Source: Chthonomonadales bacterium (GTDB taxonomy: Bacteria > Armatimonadota > Chthonomonadetes > Chthonomonadales > CAJBBX01). From it: DNA of 21,153 nucleotides. The notes under the pieces are model-generated. The model worked only from the letters and a program-made list of their open reading frames with translations, searched no databases and was not told the origin of the DNA. The number at the start of each line of letters is the position of its first letter. Position 1 is the first letter of the stretch. Below, piece after piece: positions 1 to 8,152 of this stretch. Location of the stretch: positions 1 to 21,153 of the forward strand of contig JBMFSQ010000039.1 of NCBI GenBank assembly GCA_049967475.1, in the 5' to 3' direction. The position numbers and the translations under genes are program-made.

Positions 1-90
1 GGCCCGCCGATGCCCAATCCCCTCCGTGCAGATGTGCCAACCTCCCCCTCCCGCATCACCTCATCACGAACCCGTGCCGAGGCACCTTGT

Positions 91-858
91 TCATATGACC
101 CCCGCGAGCTTCAGGGCGATTTGGGTCGCGAAGAACCACATGATGCAGGCGAAGGCGATCTTCACGAAACCGGGGCTGGCCTTCACCGTGACGTGCGAGC
201 CGACCGCCGAGCCGAGGATGCAGGCCACGGTCGCGGCCGCGAGGAAGCGGTAGTCCACGTGGCCCAGGGCGAAGTGGCCCACGGTTCCCACGAGAGAGCT
301 GACCGTCACGATGAGCGAATTGGCCCCCGCCGCCATCTGCGCCCCGTACTTCATGTACAGGACGAGGAAGGGGAAGATGATCAAGCCCCCTCCCACGCCG
401 ATGAGGCTTGAAAGCACACCCACGCCGAAGGAGAAGACGGTCACGAGGAGGACCATCGGCAATGTCAGCTTCTTCACCTGCTGGCCGGGCTTCTCCTTGG
501 CCGAAAAGACCATGATCAGTCCCACCACGTAGAGGAACGCGGAGAAGATGCCAAGGAGGAGGTTCTTGGGAGCCATGCTTGAGAGCACGGCCCCCAGGAA
601 CGAGCCTACGATGGTGCCCGGCAGGAAGACGAGGCAGAAGCGGTAGTCCACGAGCTTGTTGCGCTGAAAGACGATGGTCGCCGTGAGCGCCGTCACGAGA
701 TTCAGGAAGAGGGCCGTCGAGATGGCCGGCTGGATGGCCATGCCGAGCATGACCAGCACCGGCGTGTAGAGCGAGCCTCCCCCTTTCCCGAACATGGAGA
801 AGACGGCCGAGATCACCAGAATGGTGACGAAGGCAAGGATCATGAACGAGGCGCTCAC
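91..858 (-). CDS. Sulfite exporter TauE/SafE (TSUP) family membrane protein
   Basis: 255 aa, about 8 TM segments, two-fold internal repeat with G-x-GGG motifs (MFGKGGGSLYTP; LIGVGGGLIIFP); GTG start with AGGAG RBS. Confidence 0.9.
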   Translation of the reverse strand: MSASFMILAFVTILVISAVFSMFGKGGGSLYTPVLVMLGMAIQPAISTALFLNLVTALTATIVFQRNKLVDYRFCLVFLPGTIVGSFLGAVLSSMAPKNLLLGIFSAFLYVVGLIMVFSAKEKPGQQVKKLTLPMVLLVTVFSFGVGVLSSLIGVGGGLIIFPFLVLYMKYGAQMAAGANSLIVTVSSLVGTVGHFALGHVDYRFLAAATVACILGSAVGSHVTVKASPGFVKIAFACIMWFFATQIALKLAGVI

Positions 859-871
859 GGCGAAGCTCCTT

Positions 872-1483
872 CTACCCCTTGTACCCCGAGCACGGGATGC
901 AGTACGGCTTGCCGTCCTTCATGCGCACGTAGCGCTCGAAGACCACTTCGCCGCAACCGGCGCAGAGGGCCTTGTTGAACGAGCCCTTGGGCGGCTGGTA
1001 GTGGAAATCGGGCCGCTCCGAGACGGCGTAGATGTCCTCGTCTTTGAGGCTCAGCGTCCAGTCGATGACCTCCTGGGTGACGGCGGGATCGATCTGCGAC
1101 GGTTCGATGCCCGTCTTGCGGAGGGCGAAGAACTCGAACCGACCGAAGTGATCCAGGAAGGCCGTTTTCAGAACGTAACGCACCGGTGTCTTGCCTGGGT
1201 ACCAAAAGGTGGCGGCCAACTTGCCCCAGTAGGTCTTCTCCATGAGGCCCTTGGCGAAGGTGGCTCCGGTGGCTACCTGGATGCCGTCTCCCATGCACGT
1301 CTGGGGGTGCCCCTCCCCTATCTCGAGAAACACGCGAAGCGTGTGGTCCTTCTCCCGTTCGACGCCGAGTCTCTTGAGGGCCAATATCCCCATGCGGTAG
1401 CCGAGCGGCATGAAGGGACACTTGTGACCGTGGAACTGAAAGGCCCAGTCGGGCGGATTGTAAAAAACCTTGGTGTCAGCCAT
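872..1483 (-). CDS. FmdE-family protein (formylmethanofuran dehydrogenase subunit E-like) with C-terminal Zn finger
   Basis: FHGHKCPFMPLG (HxHxC) motif, TCMGDGIQVATGAT motif, C-terminal CAGCGE...YCIPC treble-clef Zn finger; AAGGAG RBS. Confidence 0.9.
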   Translation of the reverse strand: MADTKVFYNPPDWAFQFHGHKCPFMPLGYRMGILALKRLGVEREKDHTLRVFLEIGEGHPQTCMGDGIQVATGATFAKGLMEKTYWGKLAATFWYPGKTPVRYVLKTAFLDHFGRFEFFALRKTGIEPSQIDPAVTQEVIDWTLSLKDEDIYAVSERPDFHYQPPKGSFNKALCAGCGEVVFERYVRMKDGKPYCIPCSGYKG

Positions 1484-1788
1484 TTCCTTCTCCTTCGCTA
1501 AAGGTTCGTCGCCTTCGCACGCCAGCCGGCCGGTGCCGGCCGGTACGTGTAACCCTACCGTGCTACCCCACGTGCGGCCCCGGCAGGTGCAGGAGCCGCG
1601 GCATGCTAGCCGTGGCAGCGTCGAACAACTTGTAGAACGGGGGCACGTAGATCAGGGGCAGGATCATACCCATCATAACCGGCTTGAAGCTGCGCAGCCC
1701 GGCGATCAACATGCCCCGTGCCGCTACTTCGATCCATGGGATCGTAGCCTCGAAAGCAATCGTTCGCTCGGCGATTGAGTTCGTGGTT

Positions 1789-1797
1789 ATTATACCA
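1789..1797 (-). promoter_or_regulatory. Extended -10 promoter element (TGGTATAAT) upstream of the fmdE-tauE unit
   Basis: Perfect TGnTATAAT in an AT-rich patch of a GC-rich intergenic region, oriented with the downstream genes. Confidence 0.55.
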
Positions 1798-1931
1798 TAT
1801 ACCCAATCACTCTACACGTCGGGAATGGTGTCTCGTTCTGTGAAGCTGGATGCAGTACGCAGACACAAACGGAGGTCGAGCACTTCGGCGCGATGATGCG
1901 GGGATCGGTGGTCTTCTCACAGGCGGGACAC

Positions 1932-3116
1932 TCAAAGGTAGCGCTGGAATTGAATGAGGAGCGTGTTGTCCGATGCTGCGCCAGGCCGATCGCGCTTGAT
2001 CACGTAGTCCACCTGGACTTTCTCCCGATGCCCGTGGATGAGCCAGTTCGTGCCGAGCGTGGTCCAGCCGATGTCGTAGCGATCAACAATTCCGGTGTTG
2101 GGATCCAGCGCCTCGTGCTTCGCCACGACTTCCCAGTGGCGGTTCAGCACGTAAGTCGCCTGCGCGTACCATCCTGTGGCCGTGATTTCGTGCTGCCCGG
2201 ATGCGCCGCTCAGGTGTGCCGCAAGGTATTCCGATCGGAACCGCCAGCGTCCGGTGTCCGCAGCCGCCTCCAGCCCCCAGCGCGTATCGCTTCCATGCAA
2301 GTGGTTCGTGCCAAGGCTTTTCGTGCCGGGTAGGGCGCCGCTGAAGTCAATGTCACGGTCCCGCCGCGCCGAGACTGCTAGGCCCAGATGCACCCAGTCA
2401 CGCTTGGCCAGCTTCCACCGATGTGTGGCGCGTCCGGCCAACAGCGGACCGTTGCCCCCGTACGGTTCCGATAACGCGCCGTCGCCCTTGAAGATCCCGG
2501 CTGCCATCATCCAACCGCTGTTCTTGCAGTCACACTCCCACTGGATGCCGACGTCGCGCCCGAACGACTTTGCCAGACCGCCGTTGGGGATCAGGCGATC
2601 CGTCGGCTGCGATCGGTCAATAGTATCCAAGCTGGAATCGGCGGTGAAACGCTCCATCCCGAATGGCGGCTTGAACTGGCCGAGAGTGAGCCACCCACCG
2701 CCCGCGCGCCGACGAGCCCACAGCTCCTGGACCCAAAGCCGCCCGTCGTTGATTGCGCGGTTGCCGTCCTTGAAGAGCGCCTGCACGTAAACTCTCCAGC
2801 CTGGTGCAGGGTCCCACGTGAACATCGCCTTGGCGCGTCGAACCGAGATGTAGTTGCCGGCGATGTCATCGTCGGTATACCGCACCTGGATGTAGCTGTC
2901 CAGCTTCAGGTTGGATGCGGGCCGAGAAGCGTGTACGGCGCTCTGGCAGAGCCCCGGGCCTTGAGCCGCCACTCCCCAGAGACACGCGAGCAGAAGGGCG
3001 GCCCCCGTCATCCGCCGCACCGTGTGGATTGCCAACTCATCCGGAACTCCGCATAAGGCATTGAGGGTCGCCACGAACACGGCAAGATCTGTTCCACCTC
3101 CGCGGTTACGGCTCAT
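1932..3116 (-). CDS. Outer-membrane porin, phosphate-selective OprO/OprP-like
   Basis: LGQFKPPFGME, DRS, GRDVG and GWYAQATY motifs, alternating beta-strand pattern, C-terminal aromatic strand (IQFQRYL); signal-like segment from M36 (alternative start at 3011); ATG at 3116 overlaps the arsC stop (ATGA). Confidence 0.8.
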   Translation of the reverse strand: MSRNRGGGTDLAVFVATLNALCGVPDELAIHTVRRMTGAALLLACLWGVAAQGPGLCQSAVHASRPASNLKLDSYIQVRYTDDDIAGNYISVRRAKAMFTWDPAPGWRVYVQALFKDGNRAINDGRLWVQELWARRRAGGGWLTLGQFKPPFGMERFTADSSLDTIDRSQPTDRLIPNGGLAKSFGRDVGIQWECDCKNSGWMMAAGIFKGDGALSEPYGGNGPLLAGRATHRWKLAKRDWVHLGLAVSARRDRDIDFSGALPGTKSLGTNHLHGSDTRWGLEAAADTGRWRFRSEYLAAHLSGASGQHEITATGWYAQATYVLNRHWEVVAKHEALDPNTGIVDRYDIGWTTLGTNWLIHGHREKVQVDYVIKRDRPGAASDNTLLIQFQRYL

Positions 3117-3847
3117 GCTCCGGTTTCGTCTTCCTGCAGAAAAATCATCCGGATGCGCCTTAGCAGCTCATCACGCGTCGCCCGGAACGCCGCCAGCCTC
3201 GCCTCCGGTGCACCCTCCACGGCAGCCGGATCAGGCAGCCCCCAGTGCACGCGCACCGCCTTGCCCAGGAACACGGGGCACTCCTCCTCGGCGCACAGCG
3301 TGATCACCGCATCCACGCGATCGGCGGGGATCTCCGACACCGCCTTAGACCGGTGATGCGAAATGTCCACGCCGATCTCACGCAACACGGCAATGGCTTC
3401 GGGACGCACGCTCGTGGGCTTCGAGCCGGCCGACCACACTTCGACGCCGTCAGGCGCTAACGCGCGCGCGATGCCTTCCGCCATCTGGCTCCGGGCCGAG
3501 TTGGCCACGCAGAGAAACAGGATGCCGCGCGGCCGCAGTGCCCGAAGAACAGCGGCCTCAATGAGCCATTCGGGCGGAACTCCCGAGCTGCCGTCGTAGA
3601 CGCGACAGGTCAGCATGCCGTGCTCAGTCTTCCTGCCCTCAAGATCGGCGCCGTTGATCCGAACGGACGGGGAGCCGAGGAAGCCTACGGCGGCTGCCTT
3701 TTCCTCCGTATTGACCTCGATCGCCCGGAGTTCATAGGGTACACCGAGCCTTTCCAGGCATTTACGGACGCGCTCTTCAGCCGGCCCGGCGTTGGGACAT
3801 CCTTCGAAAATAAGGACCTCGACGTCTAACGCACGCGTTGTTGTCAC
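3113..3847 (-). CDS. arsC: Thioredoxin-coupled (LMW-PTP fold) arsenate reductase fused to an N-terminal thioredoxin-like domain (DUF2703/'DF'-like)
   Basis: P-loop [16 protein letters not shown] (CX5R), resolving pair [18 protein letters not shown]-terminal ~100 aa with FEGCPN...[12 protein letters not shown]...CRVY; GTG start overlaps the acr3 stop (GTGA). Confidence 0.9.
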   Translation of the reverse strand: MTTTRALDVEVLIFEGCPNAGPAEERVRKCLERLGVPYELRAIEVNTEEKAAAVGFLGSPSVRINGADLEGRKTEHGMLTCRVYDGSSGVPPEWLIEAAVLRALRPRGILFLCVANSARSQMAEGIARALAPDGVEVWSAGSKPTSVRPEAIAVLREIGVDISHHRSKAVSEIPADRVDAVITLCAEEECPVFLGKAVRVHWGLPDPAAVEGAPEARLAAFRATRDELLRRIRMIFLQEDETGA

Positions 3848-4911
3848 GCTGCAGCCTCCTCCAAGGCGAAGTAGCACCGGCGGAAGTACTGTGCGACGTT
3901 GACGAGCATCAGCATCACCGGAACCTCGATCAATGGTCCGATGACCGTAGCAAACGCCGCTCCAGAGCGGATGCCGAACACTGCCACTGCCACCGCGATT
4001 GCAAGCTCGAAGTCGTTGCTCGCCGCGGTCAACGCCACGGTCGTCGTCGGCGAGTAGCGCGCGCCGAGCCGGCGAGACATGAAGAACGTGACGAGGAACA
4101 TGATAACAAAGTAGAGAGCTAACGGGATGGCTACGCGCAGCACGTCAAGCGGCAGCTTCACGATCAAATCCCCCTTCATGGAGAACATGACCACCACCGT
4201 GAACAGAAGGGCGATGAGCGTGATGGGACTGATGCGCGGAATGAACTGCTGCTCATACCACTCGGGTCCCTTCGCCTTGATCAGCACCAGCCTGGTGATG
4301 AGGCCGGCGAGGAAGGGTATCCCTAGATATATGAAGACGCTCAGAGCAATCTCGGAGATGCTTACCTGAACAACGCTGCCTTTGAGACCAAACAGAGGGG
4401 GCAGCAGCGTCACGAAAACGTAGGCATACACGCTATAGAAAAGCACCTGGAAGACTGCATTGAACGCAACCAGCCCGGCGACCAGGTCACTGTCGCCATC
4501 TGCCAGGTCGTTCCACACCAATACCATTGCGATACAGCGCGCCAGCCCGACGAGGATCAAACCGACGGCGTAATCCGGCAGGTCGTGCAAAAGAAGAACA
4601 GCCAGCAAGAACATGACGATGGGGCCGACGATCCAGTTCTGGAACAGAGACAGGATGAGTACCCTGCCATGCCGGAATACGACCCCAAACGCCTCGTAGC
4701 GGACCTTGGCGAGCGGCGGGTACATCATCAGGATGAGCCCGATCGCGATGGGGATGGATGTGGTCCCAACGGACAGACCGGTGATGGCCTTCGTTACGCC
4801 CGGTGCGGCGTAGCCCAGCCCTACGCCCAGGACCATCGCCAGGAATATCCACAGGGTCAGATACCTGTCGAGAAACGACAGGCGACGATTGACGTGTTCA
4901 TTCATTTCCAC
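3844..4911 (-). CDS. acr3: ACR3-family arsenite efflux transporter
   Basis: [35 protein letters not shown] (conserved Cys), [19 protein letters not shown]; start may be GTG 4911 or ATG 4905. Confidence 0.96.
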   Translation of the reverse strand: MEMNEHVNRRLSFLDRYLTLWIFLAMVLGVGLGYAAPGVTKAITGLSVGTTSIPIAIGLILMMYPPLAKVRYEAFGVVFRHGRVLILSLFQNWIVGPIVMFLLAVLLLHDLPDYAVGLILVGLARCIAMVLVWNDLADGDSDLVAGLVAFNAVFQVLFYSVYAYVFVTLLPPLFGLKGSVVQVSISEIALSVFIYLGIPFLAGLITRLVLIKAKGPEWYEQQFIPRISPITLIALLFTVVVMFSMKGDLIVKLPLDVLRVAIPLALYFVIMFLVTFFMSRRLGARYSPTTTVALTAASNDFELAIAVAVAVFGIRSGAAFATVIGPLIEVPVMLMLVNVAQYFRRCYFALEEAAA

Positions 4912-4975
4912 TTTGCCTTCCTTCCTGCGTTTCTTGGCTGCGGGTAACTCCGGACCCGAGCCACGTATTCGGCCA

Positions 4976-5383
4976 TCAGGATGATGGTTTGTCTCCGCGG
5001 TTCAAAGCGCTCATCGGCGCAAACGCAGCCGTGCCGAGCGCGCGGTTGAAAAAGGCAGCCAGAGCCTCGACGGACCGCTGGTTCACCCTGCAGACCCTGT
5101 GTTTGCCGCGCCGTTCCATCGTGATGAGCCCGGCCAATCTCAGCTCCTTCAGATGAAACGAGATGGTGGAGCTGATCCGCTCGGATCCGGTGATGCGGCA
5201 GCACACCTCGCCTGCCGTCGGCCCGTCCACAGCCCTTGCGTCGCCGCTCTCGTCCAACTCGACCGCCGAGCAGCACGAACAGAGGAGTTCGAAGATACGC
5301 AACCGCGTCACATCCCCAAGAGCTTTGAACATCGCGGCCACCCGCTCGGCATCCTGGCTGCAATCAGACATTGCGTTTTCCAT
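4976..5383 (-). CDS. arsR: ArsR/SmtB-family repressor, Cys-rich with an insertion before the HTH
   Basis: [34 protein letters not shown]; 7 Cys; immediately upstream of acr3; start ATG 5383 or 5371. Confidence 0.88.
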   Translation of the reverse strand: MENAMSDCSQDAERVAAMFKALGDVTRLRIFELLCSCCSAVELDESGDARAVDGPTAGEVCCRITGSERISSTISFHLKELRLAGLITMERRGKHRVCRVNQRSVEALAAFFNRALGTAAFAPMSALNRGDKPSS

Positions 5384-5384
5384 T

Positions 5385-5412
5385 GTTCGCGAAATATCGA
5401 ACTATCATACCA
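5385..5412 (-). promoter_or_regulatory. Extended -10 (TGGTATGAT, 5404-5412) followed by inverted repeat GTTCG-N8-CGAAC (5385-5402), probable ArsR operator
   Basis: Palindrome lies between the -10 box and the arsR start codon, the usual position for ArsR autorepression. Confidence 0.6.
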
Positions 5413-5524
5413 TGCACCGCTTGTGTCGTGAAGCTCCGAACCCATGGCAGACCTCAGCCCAAACGGGCCGGCGACGCCCTGGCCTGAGCCAACCATGGCC
5501 CGGGCACGTCGTTCGTTCTCAACC

Positions 5525-5854
5525 CTAGTCCTTTGTAATCTCGATGGCTACGTCGCGCGGAAGCGCAAGCCCGCCGGCTACCTGCATGACCTTGAATACA
5601 CCGATGGGCACGGCACACGCGCTGCAGCATCCTTTGGGCGATCTTCTCGCCGTGGACAGGATGACGCCGTCCCATCCTGAGCGGACCTCGTGGAGAGCGT
5701 CTACCTCCTTGGGAAGCGCTTCAGCAAACGCCCGAATGTTGCTGCAGGGCGTTTCCAGCTCGAGGCGCACTCGAAAGTCTTCGGTGGACGCAGCCCGCAC
5801 CTTGGTCACGAAACCGCATACACCTGCGTGAATGATTGCATCGGCAGAGCTCAT
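5525..5854 (-). CDS. Small Cys-rich conserved protein (DUF6951-like)
   Basis: 109 aa; AGVCGF...ETPC...GCCSACAVPIGVFKVMQVAGGLALP.D pattern, recognised from memory of that family. Confidence 0.7.
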   Translation of the reverse strand: MSSADAIIHAGVCGFVTKVRAASTEDFRVRLELETPCSNIRAFAEALPKEVDALHEVRSGWDGVILSTARRSPKGCCSACAVPIGVFKVMQVAGGLALPRDVAIEITKD

Positions 5855-5906
5855 AGGGCACTTTACTCACGGGTCGCTGCAAGCGAGCTAGCGGCGACCT
5901 CGCCTT

Positions 5907-6140
5907 TCATTGAATTAACAAGTTCTTGAGTTCCTCTACGGAAGGCACCCGTCCTGCCACCTTCACCTGCCCATCCACTGCAAGCGCCGGGGTCACCATC
6001 ACACCAAACTTGACGATCTCCCGTACGTCCTCCACCTTCTCCACAGTGGCATCGAGCCCAAGCGCCTTGGCAGCCAGCTCGGTATTCGCCTGTAGAGCTT
6101 TACAACGGGCGCAGCCTGTTCCCAATACCTGCAGTTTCAT
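5907..6140 (-). CDS. Small redox-active disulfide protein (MTH895/TM0996-type thioredoxin)
   Basis: 77 aa; LGTGCARC (CxxC), GVMVTPALAVDG (cis-Pro), GRVPS; AAGGAG RBS. Confidence 0.92.
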   Translation of the reverse strand: MKLQVLGTGCARCKALQANTELAAKALGLDATVEKVEDVREIVKFGVMVTPALAVDGQVKVAGRVPSVEELKNLLIQ

Positions 6141-6159
6141 CAGTACCTACTCCTTTTCT

Positions 6160-6828
6160 TCATCCATTGGCGGCCGAAGACCCAGAAGCGGGCAGCACAG
6201 CGATGTCTGATCCCGACGTCCATCCGCCCACCAGAAACACCGTAAACGTCCGCGTTCCGCCCGCAGTGGGACGTTCCACGGTATGTGCTGTCGTTGTGAA
6301 CACGTTGATCAGCCCAAGCCGGCTCAGCCATTCGGCAATCTCCTGCCGGTCAAACCCGAAGTGATGCACCCCGGTGTTGTCCTGATGGAAGCTCCCATCT
6401 TCGCGATCCAGATCGGCCAGACAGATTAACCCTCCCGGTTTGAGCATCGTCACGAGCTTGGACAGGACGCTCGGCACATCTTCCACGTGATGAAGCGTCA
6501 TAGCACTCACAACGAGATCGGCACCGATGGGAGGCGGAGGATCGCTTTGGAGGTCCCCATGAAGCGTCCGGACGTGGCGCAGCCCTTGAATACGAGCCTT
6601 GCGCTCCAACTCGGCGAGCATCGCCAGGGAGCTGTCCATGCCCGTGATCTCGGCAGCCAGATCTTGCAGCTCCAAAGTGACCAATCCGGTTCCGCACCCG
6701 TAATCCACCACGATCAAGCCCCTGCGACCCCCTACGTGCTGCCGTATGGCTGCGGCGATGTTCCGCGCTTGCTCCACACGTGCCGGATTGACGTCCCAAG
6801 TGGCCGCGGCCTTATCGAAGCGTGACAT
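6160..6828 (-). CDS. Class I SAM-dependent methyltransferase
   Basis: Motif I VVDYGCGTG, GMDSS, DLVVSAMTLHHV, LKPGG, DLDREDGSFH. Confidence 0.9.
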   Translation of the reverse strand: MSRFDKAAATWDVNPARVEQARNIAAAIRQHVGGRRGLIVVDYGCGTGLVTLELQDLAAEITGMDSSLAMLAELERKARIQGLRHVRTLHGDLQSDPPPPIGADLVVSAMTLHHVEDVPSVLSKLVTMLKPGGLICLADLDREDGSFHQDNTGVHHFGFDRQEIAEWLSRLGLINVFTTTAHTVERPTAGGTRTFTVFLVGGWTSGSDIAVLPASGSSAANG

Positions 6829-6885
6829 TGCAAAGCCTTTCCAACAAATGGATTGACCCGGTATGTTCTGACACGGCTCGTAGCC

Positions 6886-8133
6886 CTATGGATCCGCAAG
6901 GATCCGCTTCAACGTGATCGGCGCACCGGCTGGAGGCCGGTTGAGGAAGCGGAAGTGCGATACGCCTAAGGCCTCTACCGGGATCACCAGGTGCGTCAGC
7001 AGGTCTACAGTGGCTGCAGATTGCGTGTCATCCTTACGGCGTCCCCAAAGGAATACGAACCGGTCGAAATGCATCGTCGCTCCCGCGAACTTCAAATCGG
7101 CGATCGAGGCCACAAGTGCCCGTGCGCCGGTGAACCACACGCGCTCCACACGCGCTGTCGGGATGCCGTTCTCCACATCCTGCCGAACGCGCGCCAATTC
7201 GCTCTTGTTCAACATCCAGGCTGCATCACTCGGGAACCCGCTCGTGCTTTCCTTCCATGCAGCCTGTTCGCCCAAGGGCTCGATAGTGAAGATCCTCGCT
7301 TCCTCGCCCCGTTTGATCTCTGCATAAAGCGCTTGGCGATCGTCCCATTCTATCCGTCCCGGCGTTCCTTCTGCCGGCAAATCGAAAACCTTGACGCCGT
7401 TGCCCGCGGTTTTTACTTCGCCCACAATGAGCCTGTACGCGTCGCCGATACCTCGTCGCTCCAAGGCAGCCCAATGCAATCCGTCTTCGGTGACGGCCGC
7501 CGCACCGAAATCGAAGGCAGCACGGAGTTTTCGGGGAGCAGAGCGTGCTTCAGGCCCGATATAGTACAACTCGTGCCCCGATCGAGAGGTACGCCTCGTT
7601 GCGATGATGGAGCCATCCTCCTGCGGGTAGAAATCCGACGCCGCGTGGAAAAGAAGGACGGGGTTTGTACCATAGAGCGTCGCCTGGACCAGATCTTTGT
7701 TGAGATTAGGCTCATCCGGAATGGTCCTCAGATATGCAATCGAGTACTGCAGCCCTTCGAGCGGTCCGCGGAACACGAAACGGTCCCCGCCAGCCATGTA
7801 TAGGAAGCGAAACGCATTGTAACCCGGGATGACTACCTCTCCCGCTACCGGCCCTGCACTGTAGTGCCTGCCCTCTGCGGGCATCCCGAGAGCACCATCC
7901 GCGAAGCGCATCGGTATGGTCTTGAACACCCTCACGTTGTTCGCGGGCACTTTCAGCCTTGCTGCCAGATCCTTCACGATGCGCGCGTGAAGGTCCTCGT
8001 CGGCTCGTGCGGATACGGCGCTCCCCGCACACGCCGTTACGCATGCCAAAACGCATGCCGCCACTCTGATGCGGCGCGTAAACCGGATGCGGGCATTACA
8101 ATAGACAACGGAAGCATCAAACCCAGATCTCAC
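6886..8133 (-). CDS. Secreted hypothetical protein (N-terminal 'DLA.RL...DG.LG.P' domain plus beta-rich region)
   Basis: 415 aa ORF co-oriented with the cluster, GGAGGG RBS, signal peptide-like RRIRVAACVLACVTACAGSAVSARA. Confidence 0.65.
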   Translation of the reverse strand: MRSGFDASVVYCNARIRFTRRIRVAACVLACVTACAGSAVSARADEDLHARIVKDLAARLKVPANNVRVFKTIPMRFADGALGMPAEGRHYSAGPVAGEVVIPGYNAFRFLYMAGGDRFVFRGPLEGLQYSIAYLRTIPDEPNLNKDLVQATLYGTNPVLLFHAASDFYPQEDGSIIATRRTSRSGHELYYIGPEARSAPRKLRAAFDFGAAAVTEDGLHWAALERRGIGDAYRLIVGEVKTAGNGVKVFDLPAEGTPGRIEWDDRQALYAEIKRGEEARIFTIEPLGEQAAWKESTSGFPSDAAWMLNKSELARVRQDVENGIPTARVERVWFTGARALVASIADLKFAGATMHFDRFVFLWGRRKDDTQSAATVDLLTHLVIPVEALGVSHFRFLNRPPAGAPITLKRILADP

Positions 8134-8152
8134 GAAACGTACCCTCCATCGG

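Noticed and set aside
1606..1806. 66-aa minus-strand ORF with GYDP repeats
   Set aside because: Its start overlaps the predicted -10 element; no RBS or recognisable family
3113..6140. Selenoprotein read-through in the redox genes
   Set aside because: Active-site positions are Cys codons and the TGA codons fall at natural C-termini
6160..6828. Calling the methyltransferase ArsM
   Set aside because: Lacks the conserved As-binding cysteines and N-terminal domain of ArsM
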